DNA of 64,000 bases from Nitrospirota bacterium (GCA_963790025.1 CAWBMP010000002.1:384001-448000), one strand, 5' to 3'. Positions 18,895-28,800 are shown, counted from the first letter of the stretch. Notes: generated by a model from the letters alone, not told the origin. Translations and numbers: made by a program.

Positions 18895-18933
18895 GTTACA
18901 CGACTATGACAGTTTTGTTACTTTTGTGTTAAA
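18895..18933 (-). promoter_or_regulatory. Pho-box-like array
   Basis: GTTACA/ATGACA/GTTACT/GTTAAA at 18895, 18906, 18917, 18928. Confidence 0.75.
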
Positions 18934-19144
18934 TCTCGGCACACCGGGAAAACTCGGATAGCTTGCCATCCCAAGCAGGCTGCAATGCGCAAAAATAAAT
19001 CGAACACGCTTCATGATGACGGCCCATGCATACTTTAATATTGACATCTCTCATGTCTTTAATAAGTCTGTCCGCCGCATAGCAGTGAGCACCTTCAGAG
19101 GTCCCCTTAAGGTAAGGGCACATTATAAGACTTTGCATATTCAT
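18929..19144 (-). CDS. Small 4-Cys protein, paralogue B
   Basis: C-x11-C-x17-C-x7-CSIY; GGAGG RBS before ATG 19144. Confidence 0.75.
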   Translation of the reverse strand: MNMQSLIMCPYLKGTSEGAHCYAADRLIKDMRDVNIKVCMGRHHEACSIYFCALQPAWDGKLSEFSRCAEI

Positions 19145-19182
19145 AATACCCTCCATACCATAGATAGAATAGCAGTTGAATT

Positions 19183-19221
19183 GTTACAAGAATATTAAAA
19201 TAATGTTACATTCTTGTAACA
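19183..19221 (-). promoter_or_regulatory. Pho-box-like array
   Basis: GTTACA/ATTAAA/GTTACA/GTAACA at 19183, 19194, 19205, 19216; TATTCT 11 nt past the last GTAAC on the minus strand. Confidence 0.75.
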
Positions 19222-19280
19222 AAGAATTAATCGGTTCTGGGTCATAGAAAAATTATATTTTAACTCGGGGCACATACTCT

Positions 19281-19487
19281 TTATCTACTTCGCAAGGTCC
19301 TGGCAAGGAAAATTGGACAATTATCATAATTCTCGTTATCGCAATGACCTGCCCTTCTGTTTGTATCGATTACCATTCGTGAAAGAGAGGCTGCACAAAT
19401 ACCGCTCTCGTCATTGCAATACGGACAGTTATGCTCCTCACGTATAACGGCATAAATAGCTTCGCTCCTGGTTGCACACGTGTCCAT
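19281..19487 (-). CDS. Small 4-Cys protein, paralogue C
   Basis: C-x9-C-x17-C-x7-CPIF; starts 11 nt after the glycosyltransferase stop. Confidence 0.75.
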   Translation of the reverse strand: MDTCATRSEAIYAVIREEHNCPYCNDESGICAASLSRMVIDTNRRAGHCDNENYDNCPIFLARTLRSR

Positions 19488-19498
19488 ATAAGTGCCCC

Positions 19499-20728
19499 CT
19501 AGGCGAATCGCCCCTTTATAGCATCGATAATTCTGTAACGCAACGACCAGAAACCGTTTTCGGGACATGGGAACAGCATCGAATCTTTGCCGATACTATA
19601 CCGGTTACCCCTCCATACAACAGTATTGCTGACAATCGGTACAGACCATATGAGCCCGATAACAAGGTCTTTAATCGGGGAGAGCAAATAAAGAAAAGGG
19701 TTATCCATTTCGGTTTCCGTCTTTCTGCCAATATAAAAGTCGCCTGCCACTTTAAGGAGGGAGGTGAGAATCGCAAAGGTCACCGTCAATTTGGAGCACT
19801 CCCAGAATACGATCGGTAACGATGACATGAACACAGGATTCCCAACTAATTCGAATATATATCTCACCCCTCCGATCTTCCACCTGATCTTACCCCATCT
19901 TGTGTGGCGGTTAAGGAATCGACTCATTCCCCAGTATTCATTCACGTTTTGCACCATGTACCTGGACAGCACCACTTTTTTGCCGCTTTTATGCATTCTT
20001 TCACCGATAACATAATCCTCGGCAAGAATATCTTTTACCGATCTGAGCCCGCCGATTGCTTCCAAATCCTTTTTTTTCATCAGCATGGACTTTCCTACCA
20101 CACAGGGCATTTTCAAAAATTTATCAAGAAAACACACGCTTCCCATAATAAAAGAATTAAGGTGGAGGTTTTCAAATACGGAACCCAGCGAACGGCCGCC
20201 GACACCTTTTATAATATTGCTTACTAATCCGACTTCATGGCCTGTTTCCGGCTGGCTGATATGACTGGTTATCTCCGTAAGATAATTTGAGTCAACCATT
20301 ACATTGCTGTCGCTGATAAGAATATACTCATACTTTGAAGCCTTGTAAGCTGGAAGAAGATTATTGACCTTGGGATTGAGGCCTATAGAGGAATCTTTTA
20401 CAATAATGGTGATGTCCTTGTCCTGGTTTTTTTCCTGTATTTTTTGTGCTATTTTGTATGCAGGATCATTATGGCTCTGAAGAGAGAATATAATCTCATA
20501 TTCAGGATAGTCCTGTGCGCAAAAGCTCAGGAGATTGTCAAATAGATTATCATCCAGGCCCTTAAGCGGCTTAAGTATCGAAATTGGAGGAAAAAGTCGG
20601 GGAAGGGCCCGTTGCCCTTCCCCGCAGTTACAGGGAGTGGAAAGATATGAGCGTACTGCCCATATTTGGAAGCCGTAAGCGACGAGACCTAAAAAAGTAA
20701 CAAATGCGAAGAACCAGAATATACCCAT
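19499..20728 (-). CDS. GT2/GT21 ceramide-glucosyltransferase (HpnI-like) family membrane glycosyltransferase
   Basis: SILKPLKG, QDYP, NPKVNNL, ISDSNV, LAEDY, RHTRW. Confidence 0.88.
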   Translation of the reverse strand: MGIFWFFAFVTFLGLVAYGFQIWAVRSYLSTPCNCGEGQRALPRLFPPISILKPLKGLDDNLFDNLLSFCAQDYPEYEIIFSLQSHNDPAYKIAQKIQEKNQDKDITIIVKDSSIGLNPKVNNLLPAYKASKYEYILISDSNVMVDSNYLTEITSHISQPETGHEVGLVSNIIKGVGGRSLGSVFENLHLNSFIMGSVCFLDKFLKMPCVVGKSMLMKKKDLEAIGGLRSVKDILAEDYVIGERMHKSGKKVVLSRYMVQNVNEYWGMSRFLNRHTRWGKIRWKIGGVRYIFELVGNPVFMSSLPIVFWECSKLTVTFAILTSLLKVAGDFYIGRKTETEMDNPFLYLLSPIKDLVIGLIWSVPIVSNTVVWRGNRYSIGKDSMLFPCPENGFWSLRYRIIDAIKGRFA

Positions 20729-20750
20729 ACTTCCACCTCCTTTGAAGCAC

Positions 20751-21449
20751 TTAGTTTCTGAAAAGGGTAATTGCCACCCCTTTATTATGTTTGATGCATT
20801 GTTTCACTGCTGCCGTATCTTTCTCGCAATTGAGAAGTGTCTTCCATGAATACAGGTGACGCGCCTTGTGAAAATCGCTATTGGCGAGATAAGGATACTT
20901 TTTAAGGCTTATTACATTAAAAACATCGTCCCTGTTTGCCACTTCCCATGCATCGATGTATTTGGCATATTTTTCCCTGTTGTTCCAGAGGAAAAGCGTG
21001 TCCTTGCTCATGTCCGACATATAATGCGGGTGGCAGGCCACTATCAGCGCATCCTGCTCCTTTGCCTCGGAAAATATTTTTTCGTAGTTCCAGGAGGCAG
21101 AAATAAAATCTTTTATATCAATTAGCAGCATATGGGCCGATTTGTCGGATGACAGATGGTTTTTGCTGATTTCAACTCCTGGGATCACCAGCATCCCGTA
21201 CTTGTCCCATGCCCTTTCAGCTTCCTCTTTGACATGTTCCATATACTCGTCGAAATTGTCTTCTCTCACTGTAAGATTGAAGCGATGGGCAAACTTTCCG
21301 ATCGAGTTGACTTCACTTACTACATGGTCCGTAATTGCGATAACATCGAACCCTGCCTGTCCAAAAAGGTCGACGGTCCGTTTTAACTCTACTGAACCGT
21401 CGGAGTAGGTGGTGTGTATATGGAAATCGCATAAAAGCATCACATACAT
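20751..21449 (-). CDS. PHP-domain phosphoesterase
   Basis: DFHIHT, ITDH, PGVE, HPH, NSDFH. Confidence 0.9.
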   Translation of the reverse strand: MYVMLLCDFHIHTTYSDGSVELKRTVDLFGQAGFDVIAITDHVVSEVNSIGKFAHRFNLTVREDNFDEYMEHVKEEAERAWDKYGMLVIPGVEISKNHLSSDKSAHMLLIDIKDFISASWNYEKIFSEAKEQDALIVACHPHYMSDMSKDTLFLWNNREKYAKYIDAWEVANRDDVFNVISLKKYPYLANSDFHKARHLYSWKTLLNCEKDTAAVKQCIKHNKGVAITLFRN

Positions 21450-21464
21450 ACTATTATTTATTCG

Positions 21465-21513
21465 GTTACAGGATTATTAAGGGCTTATTAAGATTGTGTT
21501 ACGTTATGTTACG
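21465..21513 (-). promoter_or_regulatory. Pho-box-like array upstream of the PHP-GT-4Cys operon
   Basis: GTTACA/ATTAAG/ATTAAG/GTTACG at 21465, 21476, 21487, 21498 (plus GTTACG 21508); TAGTAT 11 nt downstream on the minus strand. Confidence 0.75.
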
Positions 21514-21534
21514 AAAATATGGGATGGGCTTTTC

Positions 21535-22776
21535 TTACGATCTGCTTTTTATTATATATGCGTAATACGCCGCGGCATTAGTAGGCTTGCGTTCCATTGT
21601 GTCGAAATCGACCCTGTACAGGCCAAACCTGGCATCGAGACCTTGCAGCCATTCGTAGTTATCTATAAGCGTCCAGTAGAAATAGCCCCTTACGTCGATA
21701 CCGTCCTTAATGCTTTTCTCAAGCGCATCCACATGCCTGCTCATGTATTTTATTTTTTTCTGGCCGTCATGGGTTGCGATACCGTTCTCCGTGATAATCA
21801 GCGGCACTTTAAGCCTTGACGCATATCGCAGGACTTTCTCAAGGCCGCGCGGATGTACTTCCCATCCCATGTCGGTCAGCCCATATCCGTCTATATCCAT
21901 GTGCCTCAGTTCAATACCCATCTTTTTAAACGGGTTAAACCGAATATGCACCCGCGTATAATAGTTGACACCAAAAAAATCCAGTTTGTTTTGTATGGGG
22001 ACCTGAATTGTTATTTCCTTTGTAAAGGGGAACTTTATGCGGACCGTGCCGGTTAAAAAGGCATCAAGCAGCGAGTGGTTGTAAAAATACTTGGCGATTT
22101 TTACAAGAAGCCTGTCAAGCGGGTTGTACCGTTTCCAGGACGCCAGGGCCGCCATATTATGAGCTACGCTTACCATCGCGGTACTTCCATTGTCCTTTGC
22201 CAGTTCATGAATAATGTCGTAAGACCTTCCGTGGCAGATAAGAATGTTTTGCAGTGCCTTTACGGCAAGCAGGGGATCACGAATGCCAGGCGGCACGCAG
22301 CCTTCGAGATATCCGCCAAGCAAGAGCACATAGGGTTCGTTAAATGTTATCCAGTACCGTACCCCCTTGAGCGTTGTTACCACTTTTTGGGCAAATCTTA
22401 AAAATTTCTCGACTGAAGCATCCTCATGCCACGGATATTTTTTGATGAACCACAAAGGATGGGTAAAGTGATGGATTGTGACCATCGGTTCGATATTGTT
22501 CTGTATAAGAATATCGATTATCTCCTGGTAATGGGCCAGCGATGCATCGTCCCAGACGTTTTCTCTCGGCTGGATCCTGCTCCACTCCACGGAAAAACGG
22601 TAGGAGTTGACACCAAGGTCTTTGAGCAGGTTCAGGTCTTCTTTGTAAAGTGTATAATGACTGGTGACATTAGGTTTTTCGGCAAGAATTGCGTCCCATG
22701 ATGTCCAGTCTGCGTGTGGAGAACCTTCAAGTTGAAAGGCAGATGTAGCTACGCCCCAGAGAAATCCTTTATTCAT
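21535..22776 (-). CDS. Glycoside hydrolase family 1
   Basis: FLWGVATSAFQLEG, YRFSVEWSRI, TFNEP, ITENG, DNYEW. Confidence 0.95.
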   Translation of the reverse strand: MNKGFLWGVATSAFQLEGSPHADWTSWDAILAEKPNVTSHYTLYKEDLNLLKDLGVNSYRFSVEWSRIQPRENVWDDASLAHYQEIIDILIQNNIEPMVTIHHFTHPLWFIKKYPWHEDASVEKFLRFAQKVVTTLKGVRYWITFNEPYVLLLGGYLEGCVPPGIRDPLLAVKALQNILICHGRSYDIIHELAKDNGSTAMVSVAHNMAALASWKRYNPLDRLLVKIAKYFYNHSLLDAFLTGTVRIKFPFTKEITIQVPIQNKLDFFGVNYYTRVHIRFNPFKKMGIELRHMDIDGYGLTDMGWEVHPRGLEKVLRYASRLKVPLIITENGIATHDGQKKIKYMSRHVDALEKSIKDGIDVRGYFYWTLIDNYEWLQGLDARFGLYRVDFDTMERKPTNAAAYYAYIIKSRS

Positions 22777-22892
22777 CAAAACCGTTTCAGTCCCGCCAAT
22801 CCCATCTTAATCGTACAGCCATAACAGACATCTCCTTTAAACGCGCTCATACTCCCGTACTCATCAGCCGTGCTGACAAGTTGCCAGGCCAT
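22776..22892 (-). CDS. Possible 38-aa ORF with CYGC, coupled (TGATG) to GH1
   Basis: MAWQLVSTADEYGSMSAFKGDVCYGCTIKMGLAGLKRF*; no clear RBS. Confidence 0.3.
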   Translation of the reverse strand: MAWQLVSTADEYGSMSAFKGDVCYGCTIKMGLAGLKRF

Positions 22893-22939
22893 CACTAACT
22901 GCTTGTTTGTCTTCAACTATTTAAAATCATTGACGCCGA

Positions 22940-22995
22940 AGTATACAATAACTAATGTTACAGAAATATGACAAAGGTATGAAGCCTCAGTAACC
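22940..22995 (-). promoter_or_regulatory. Pho-box-like array plus -10 upstream of GH1
   Basis: GTTACA/ATGACA/ATGAAG/GTAACC at 22957, 22968, 22979, 22990; TATACT 11 nt past the last GTAAC. Confidence 0.7.
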
Positions 22996-23031
22996 CGCCA
23001 TAAGTAAGCAACACGCAGCAGCCTCTTTTTG

Positions 23032-25254
23032 CTACCTGTTATTTCTGCGGAACATGTCGGAGAGAACGAAAAACCGCCTGTCGATAACTATTTGTTCGAG
23101 GCTTACAGGCGTTTTCTGCATCCAGTTGGGGTACGATCCAGTAATACCAGGAATATTCTGCTGGTCCAGCGTACCGATGACATCATCAAGACTTACCGCG
23201 ACCAGTTTGCACGGGGTGCATGCCAAGTATTCATAGATGCACAGGCACAGTTCGGGAGACATGGCAGGCATAGTTTGAATGTCACTGGAAACAATGCCGC
23301 ACGATTTAAGGGCATCGAGAACAAGTGCCCGGTCACGCTCCCTGTCATTAAGAAGCCGCTGCATCACCTCACCATCACTGTATATGTTCAGCTGTTTTTT
23401 TGCCTCGATATCCCGGCCTGACCAGAAGCCGTAAACTGTCGGCAGGTCGTGGGTCGTTATGGCGCAGAATGCCAAGGCAGGATACCGGTCAGGGGGTTTA
23501 AATGAAGGGTCCGGATAATTCCTTTCAAAATAAAAAAGCCGGCAGGAAAGCATCCGGAACCTTTGCAGCGCCTCATGAACGTTTCCTCCCACAGTGCCCA
23601 GGTCCTCTCCAATTACCATCGTCCTGTTTCGCACGCTCTCAAGCGCAATGATTCTAAGAAGGTCTTCATGGGGATAAGTCACATACGCACCTTTTTCAGC
23701 GGGCATGCCCCTGGGTATCCAGAAAAGCCTGAACAGCCCCAGGGCATGGTCAATTCTCAGTGCGCCGTTGTATTTCATGTTCTTTCTCATGATCTGGATG
23801 AAATAATCATAGCCGGCTTCTTTGAGTTTTCCGGGAATTATTGGAGGGAAACTCCAGTTTTGTCCGTTAGGGTTGAAATCATCGGGCGGGGCGCCGACAT
23901 CTATTTCACCGGCGGTAAGACCCTGGTATTTCCACGCATCGCTTCCACCGCCTATTGAGCCGATGGCGAGGTCGTGGTAGATCCCGATAGGCATTCGCAA
24001 ACTAAAAACCAGTTCCGCAGCTTCTTTGTGTTGTTCATCTATAAGCCACTGCACGTATTTATGGAAAAGCAACTCTTTCTCATTTGACACCCTGAACTCC
24101 CGAACGGCCTCGCTTTGCGGACTGAGCAATTCCTTTGGCCAAGCCTGCCACTTATAGGTCCCATGCATATCATTCATATGCTCCCATAAGGCTGAATACA
24201 GTGCATACGACTCAAGGGCCTCTCCCTCTTCTGCGATGTACTTTCTGAATGCGCCACCGCGGGGCGTGTTATTTTGATACGCGGCATGATAGAAAAAATC
24301 AAATGCATTTTTTAGGATGCTCTTTTTAAAAAAGGCAATTTTCTCATATTCGATCAGGTCGCCATCTATTAAGTCGCCAAGCTCCTTTTTAAAGGCATCG
24401 GAATTTATCATTTCCTGTGCCGGTCCGGATGCTTTGACTTCCGCTATTGAATCCATGTCGAGATAAATGAAATTCTTATAAAACCTGCTGATTGGTGAGT
24501 AGGGGCTCACTCCGTAAGGCTTTACATCGGGAATGGCATGCAGCGGGTTTATGCCCACGAAGCCGCCTTTTAGCTCTGCAGCTAACCTGAGAATGGTTTT
24601 AAGGTCGGTAAAATCGCCTATGCCCCAGTTTCTGGATGACCTCAGCGAATAGAGATTAATGGACAACCCCCAGGTCTTGCCGTACTCAAGTTCCGGGGGC
24701 ATATAGCAGGTATCAGGGGCAATAATGATCCGGCATGTCTTCTGCAACACAGCGGTTTCGCCGGGAAAAATTTTTTCGGCATGACTACATATGACTGTTG
24801 CCGAGTAATATCCGATATCTCTGCGTCCTTTATCGGTAATTTCCAGCTTCACGTACCTTGTACCGTCAATTACCTGCCGGTCTTTAACCGGCAGGCCCTC
24901 TCCTGCAAATGTCACCGCTTCCCGCTGACCTCGCTCATTCACAAGGGAATAAGAAAGAGTCAGCCGGTGTTCTTCAACATCATTTACAGGAACATAAACA
25001 GCAATAGTAAAAGGCTGGGCATTGACCGAAAGCACTTTCACGGGTTCGATAAAACTGGACCACGGCTTTCGACGCTCCTCGTCAAGGGCTGCAGCCAGGC
25101 TCCCGGCTGAATCCACATCTATTTGCATAGCCCTAAGGATGGATTTTTTTGTATCTATGGAAGCAACATGCCTGTTGCCGAAAATATCCCAGTACTCCGG
25201 GATAATTCCACAGAGGTCCGACAATTGATTAATTAATTCATCATAATCTGGCAT
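23032..25254 (-). CDS. malQ: 4-alpha-glucanotransferase (GH77)
   Basis: LYSLRS, GIGDF, SPYSP, DLAIG, GAPPD, LRIDH, GEDLG, THDLPT. Confidence 0.96.
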   Translation of the reverse strand: MPDYDELINQLSDLCGIIPEYWDIFGNRHVASIDTKKSILRAMQIDVDSAGSLAAALDEERRKPWSSFIEPVKVLSVNAQPFTIAVYVPVNDVEEHRLTLSYSLVNERGQREAVTFAGEGLPVKDRQVIDGTRYVKLEITDKGRRDIGYYSATVICSHAEKIFPGETAVLQKTCRIIIAPDTCYMPPELEYGKTWGLSINLYSLRSSRNWGIGDFTDLKTILRLAAELKGGFVGINPLHAIPDVKPYGVSPYSPISRFYKNFIYLDMDSIAEVKASGPAQEMINSDAFKKELGDLIDGDLIEYEKIAFFKKSILKNAFDFFYHAAYQNNTPRGGAFRKYIAEEGEALESYALYSALWEHMNDMHGTYKWQAWPKELLSPQSEAVREFRVSNEKELLFHKYVQWLIDEQHKEAAELVFSLRMPIGIYHDLAIGSIGGGSDAWKYQGLTAGEIDVGAPPDDFNPNGQNWSFPPIIPGKLKEAGYDYFIQIMRKNMKYNGALRIDHALGLFRLFWIPRGMPAEKGAYVTYPHEDLLRIIALESVRNRTMVIGEDLGTVGGNVHEALQRFRMLSCRLFYFERNYPDPSFKPPDRYPALAFCAITTHDLPTVYGFWSGRDIEAKKQLNIYSDGEVMQRLLNDRERDRALVLDALKSCGIVSSDIQTMPAMSPELCLCIYEYLACTPCKLVAVSLDDVIGTLDQQNIPGITGSYPNWMQKTPVSLEQIVIDRRFFVLSDMFRRNNR

Positions 25255-25365
25255 AAGGACCGGGCACTGCCATTTAATTATACGCTAAAAAGAGCATTTT
25301 GTCTTGAATCATACGCTCCGTATAACGTATTATTAATTTTATCTTAACTATTGCCGGAGGGTTGA

Positions 25366-26772
25366 TTGAGCAATGCAGTAAGAGTACGATTTGCACCGAG
25401 TCCTACGGGGCATTTGCATATCGGCGGCGCCAGGACCGCCCTGTTCAACTGGCTGTTTGCCAGGCATTACAAAGGCACGTTTATCCTCAGGATCGAGGAT
25501 ACCGATACAAGCCGCTCCACGGATGAGTATATAGAGGCTATTATAAAGGGCATGGAGTGGCTGGGACTCGACTGGGACGAGGGTCCGTACCGGCAAACAG
25601 CCCGGTTCGAAGTATACCGGAACTATATCGACAGGCTGCTGAAAGAAGGCAAGGCGTATTATTGTTACTGCACCCCCGAAGAACTGGAGCAGAGGAGGCA
25701 GGAAGCTCTGGCCCAGGGCAGGACGCCCAAGTACGATAACAGATGCCGCTACCTGAAAGAGCCTGTCCCCGGCAGGACCCCGGCTGTACGGTTCATGATG
25801 CCCCAGGAGGGACGGACTGCAGTAAATGACCTTATAAAAGGGATAATCGAATTTGAAAACAATATTCTTGAAGATATGGTTATTCTGCGTTCGGATGGGA
25901 CCCCTACCTATAATTTTGTTGTGGTTGTCGATGATATAGACATGAGGATAACTCACGTCATCAGGGGCGATGATCATTTGAACAATACACCGAAACAGAT
26001 ACACATTTACAAGGCGTTCGGATGGGAAGTTCCGGAATTTGCCCACTTGCCTATGATCCTCGGCTCCGACAAGGCGAGATTGAGCAAGCGTCACGGTGCA
26101 ACATCTGTGATGGCCTACAAAGACATGGGCTATCTCCCCGATGCACTGGTCAATTATTTGGTGCGGCTTGGATGGGCTTACGGCGACCAGGAAGTATTTA
26201 CGAGGGAAGAACTGGTCGACTTTTTCTCCCTTGAGAGCGTGGGCAAATCTGCGGCGGTCTTCAATCCCGAAAAACTGCTTTGGCTCAACAGCCAGTATAT
26301 CAACGGACCGGCGGCTAAAGATCTTCCGGAGGCAGTGATCCCCTTTCTGATAAAGGATGGGACCATTTCCGAAGCGCGGCAGCTTGACAAGCAATGGCTG
26401 TCAAAGGCCGTTTTGTCGCTGAAAGAAAGGTCCCGCACACTGGTCGAACTCGCCCATTCATTGCGTTATTATATCCTTGACGACATTGAAATCGATCCCA
26501 AGGCCAGAGACAAATTTCTGAAACCCGAACATATAGGCCATCTTTCGGAACTGCATGCGTTGCTTTCGGATATCACTGACTTCACCTCAGAGGAAATTGA
26601 AAAAACATTCATATCGCTCGCGGAAAGGCATGAGTTGAAACTCGGAGCCATTGCCCAGCCTGCACGCGTTGCAATAACAGGGTCTACTGCAAGCCCCGGC
26701 ATATTCGAGGTCATGGAACTCGTCGGGAAAGAAAAAATATTGAAGAGATTATCCGGAGTAATCGGAGGCTGA
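25366..26772 (+). CDS. gltX: Glutamate--tRNA ligase
   Basis: RFAPSPTG, HIGG, RIEDTD, LSKR. Confidence 0.97.
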   Translation: MSNAVRVRFAPSPTGHLHIGGARTALFNWLFARHYKGTFILRIEDTDTSRSTDEYIEAIIKGMEWLGLDWDEGPYRQTARFEVYRNYIDRLLKEGKAYYCYCTPEELEQRRQEALAQGRTPKYDNRCRYLKEPVPGRTPAVRFMMPQEGRTAVNDLIKGIIEFENNILEDMVILRSDGTPTYNFVVVVDDIDMRITHVIRGDDHLNNTPKQIHIYKAFGWEVPEFAHLPMILGSDKARLSKRHGATSVMAYKDMGYLPDALVNYLVRLGWAYGDQEVFTREELVDFFSLESVGKSAAVFNPEKLLWLNSQYINGPAAKDLPEAVIPFLIKDGTISEARQLDKQWLSKAVLSLKERSRTLVELAHSLRYYILDDIEIDPKARDKFLKPEHIGHLSELHALLSDITDFTSEEIEKTFISLAERHELKLGAIAQPARVAITGSTASPGIFEVMELVGKEKILKRLSGVIGG

Positions 26773-26776
26773 TGCA

Positions 26777-26947
26777 ATGCCTGTAGCTAAAGAACTGGTC
26801 AATTTTCTCGCCTGCCAGAAATGCAAAGGCGATCTTATTCTCACAGAAAAAGGAGATGGCATTACATGCATGCACTGCATGCTCACGTATCCAATCAGGG
26901 ATGACATACCGATCATGGTCATTGAAGAAACGACGCCGGTAAAGTAG
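26777..26947 (+). CDS. Trm112/YcaR-family protein (not in ORF track)
   Basis: MPVAKELVNFLACQKCKGDL...CMHCMLTYPIRDDIPIM; GGAGG upstream. Confidence 0.9.
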   Translation: MPVAKELVNFLACQKCKGDLILTEKGDGITCMHCMLTYPIRDDIPIMVIEETTPVK

Positions 26948-27053
26948 GAAGACAGAAAAAAATAGTCAGTAAGCAGCAAAGAAAAACAGAAGAAGAAATA
27001 CTTGCTGCTTGCTACTGGCTACCAAATTGTGTGGTAATGCTATAATAACGCTC

Positions 27054-28424
27054 ATGGGAACGTGGAGCCACATTGAGGAACGCCTGGAGAGCAAGAAGAA
27101 TGATTTCCGTTCCTATGATTTTAGCCAGACGGAAAGCGATGCGCTGGCGGCTTTTTTTGATCTGGCCCAGGAATTTGACGGCATTGAGGACTTTTACTCG
27201 CTCTGCACTGCCATTCCCAAGGCCTTCTTCGGGCTGGAATCCAGACTCTATCTTATAGAACCGAAAATGAACGGTTTGGCGCTTGTCGCCAAAACCGAAG
27301 AGGACGGACCAGACCTGCAGACGGCGCCTCCCTCTTTCATACAACCGGGAGAACGCCCGTATCACACCGGCAACGCTAGTCTAGTGCTGACGATACGAGG
27401 GAAGAAATACCTTATTGACCAACTCCCTTTTAACGTTACGGACAACGTTTTGGGACTGCTGGAAATTTATCCCGACAGGAGTATCGACGCACACCTTGAA
27501 TTGTTTTTCGAAAAATATGCCAACAGGATCGGTTTTAATTTTCACAACCGTTTTGTAGTCGAGAAAAATATAGAACACCTCAAGTTTATCAAGTCGCTCG
27601 TTGCCGATATTGAGCATAACGTTATCGTTCCCAACATCGTTTATAAACTTTTCCTGAGGCGGCTCAAGGGAAAGATTGAGAAGAACGTCGAGATAGAACA
27701 TCTGCTCGAAAGCATGGATATCGATAAAACATGCGATAAGGCGCATTTGCAGCTTACTCTCGCTGAACTTATGGATGTTAACCATGGTTTGACCGAAGAG
27801 TTGGAAAATATTGAAAAACATTACAAGAATATGAGCCTGTTTCTGGAGACTCTTTTGCGCAGAAGCCATTTCGAGCAGGGCAAGCTTACCTTGCGCACGA
27901 CACCCTGCAATATAAGACAGGATGTAGTTCTGCCCCAGGTTGAGCGTTTCGCAGACAGGTTCAGGGAAATGGGAATCGCTATTGACGATAAGTTCGGTGG
28001 CATCCCCGACAAAGAGGTCATAAGCGTTGTGGATGTCGGGCTTGTGGCCCAGGTATATGCCAACCTTTTTTCCAATGCACTTAAATATACTCAGGAGGTC
28101 GTGACCATATCCGACGAGAAAAAAAAATATATAGCCTACGGTCGGGAAATTATAAAAGATTATTTCGGGTCCGGCAAGGATGGGGTTAAATATAACGTAT
28201 TCAGCACGGGGCCGCACATCGATCCGGATGAACGGGAAAAGATCTTTGAGGAGGGGTTTCGGGGTTCCAACGCCGTTAACAAGCCCGGCACCGGACACGG
28301 CCTTGCATTTGTAAAAAATGCCGTTGAGATACACGGAGGCGTGGTCGGCTATGAGGCCACCCAATACGGCAACAATTTCTATTTTATCATTCCTAAAGAC
28401 AGCAGCAACAGGGCCGGCCAATAA
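27054..28424 (+). CDS. Orphan sensor histidine kinase-like protein (C-terminal HATPase, atypical H-box)
   Basis: NLFSNALKY, IFEEGFRG, GTGHGL; candidate His in DIEHN. TG-n-TATAAT ends 7 nt before ATG 27054. Confidence 0.8.
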   Translation: MGTWSHIEERLESKKNDFRSYDFSQTESDALAAFFDLAQEFDGIEDFYSLCTAIPKAFFGLESRLYLIEPKMNGLALVAKTEEDGPDLQTAPPSFIQPGERPYHTGNASLVLTIRGKKYLIDQLPFNVTDNVLGLLEIYPDRSIDAHLELFFEKYANRIGFNFHNRFVVEKNIEHLKFIKSLVADIEHNVIVPNIVYKLFLRRLKGKIEKNVEIEHLLESMDIDKTCDKAHLQLTLAELMDVNHGLTEELENIEKHYKNMSLFLETLLRRSHFEQGKLTLRTTPCNIRQDVVLPQVERFADRFREMGIAIDDKFGGIPDKEVISVVDVGLVAQVYANLFSNALKYTQEVVTISDEKKKYIAYGREIIKDYFGSGKDGVKYNVFSTGPHIDPDEREKIFEEGFRGSNAVNKPGTGHGLAFVKNAVEIHGGVVGYEATQYGNNFYFIIPKDSSNRAGQ

Positions 28425-28462
28425 ATGAGGGTAGGATTCAGACTGACCGCCCCTGTCAAGCG

Positions 28463-28798
28463 TTAAGGCATCGTGATAGCAATGTCATAGGTGCCTACCC
28501 CTACTCTGTCGGCAATTCCTTTTTGCCATAATATCTCCATCACCTTTACACGGGAGCTTTTTGGAACCATAAGAATAAGCTTGGTACCAGGCTGGGCCAG
28601 GTCCTTCCATTTCTCGGCTTTTTCCCGCGTTATACTGTTTTCAGTCTCAACTTCAACGACGGCAAGAAGGAGTCCGTGATTTGACAGGGTCAGGTCAGGG
28701 TCTCCACCGGGATTGACCTTTATTTCACTGTATTCCTTCCTGAACCTGTGTTTCAAATGGTTGATAATTAAATTGTGTACAAGGTGCTCGTTATCCAT
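28463..28798 (-). CDS. Hypothetical protein with PD-(D/E)xK-like motif
   Basis: PDLTL...VVEVET; 2 nt after the sspB-like gene. Confidence 0.7.
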   Translation of the reverse strand: MDNEHLVHNLIINHLKHRFRKEYSEIKVNPGGDPDLTLSNHGLLLAVVEVETENSITREKAEKWKDLAQPGTKLILMVPKSSRVKVMEILWQKGIADRVGVGTYDIAITMP

Positions 28799-28800
28799 TT

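Noticed and set aside
25348..26394. 348-aa minus-strand ORF
   Set aside because: Antisense shadow of gltX with no recognisable motifs.
27381..28421. 346-aa minus-strand ORF
   Set aside because: Antisense shadow of the histidine kinase-like gene.
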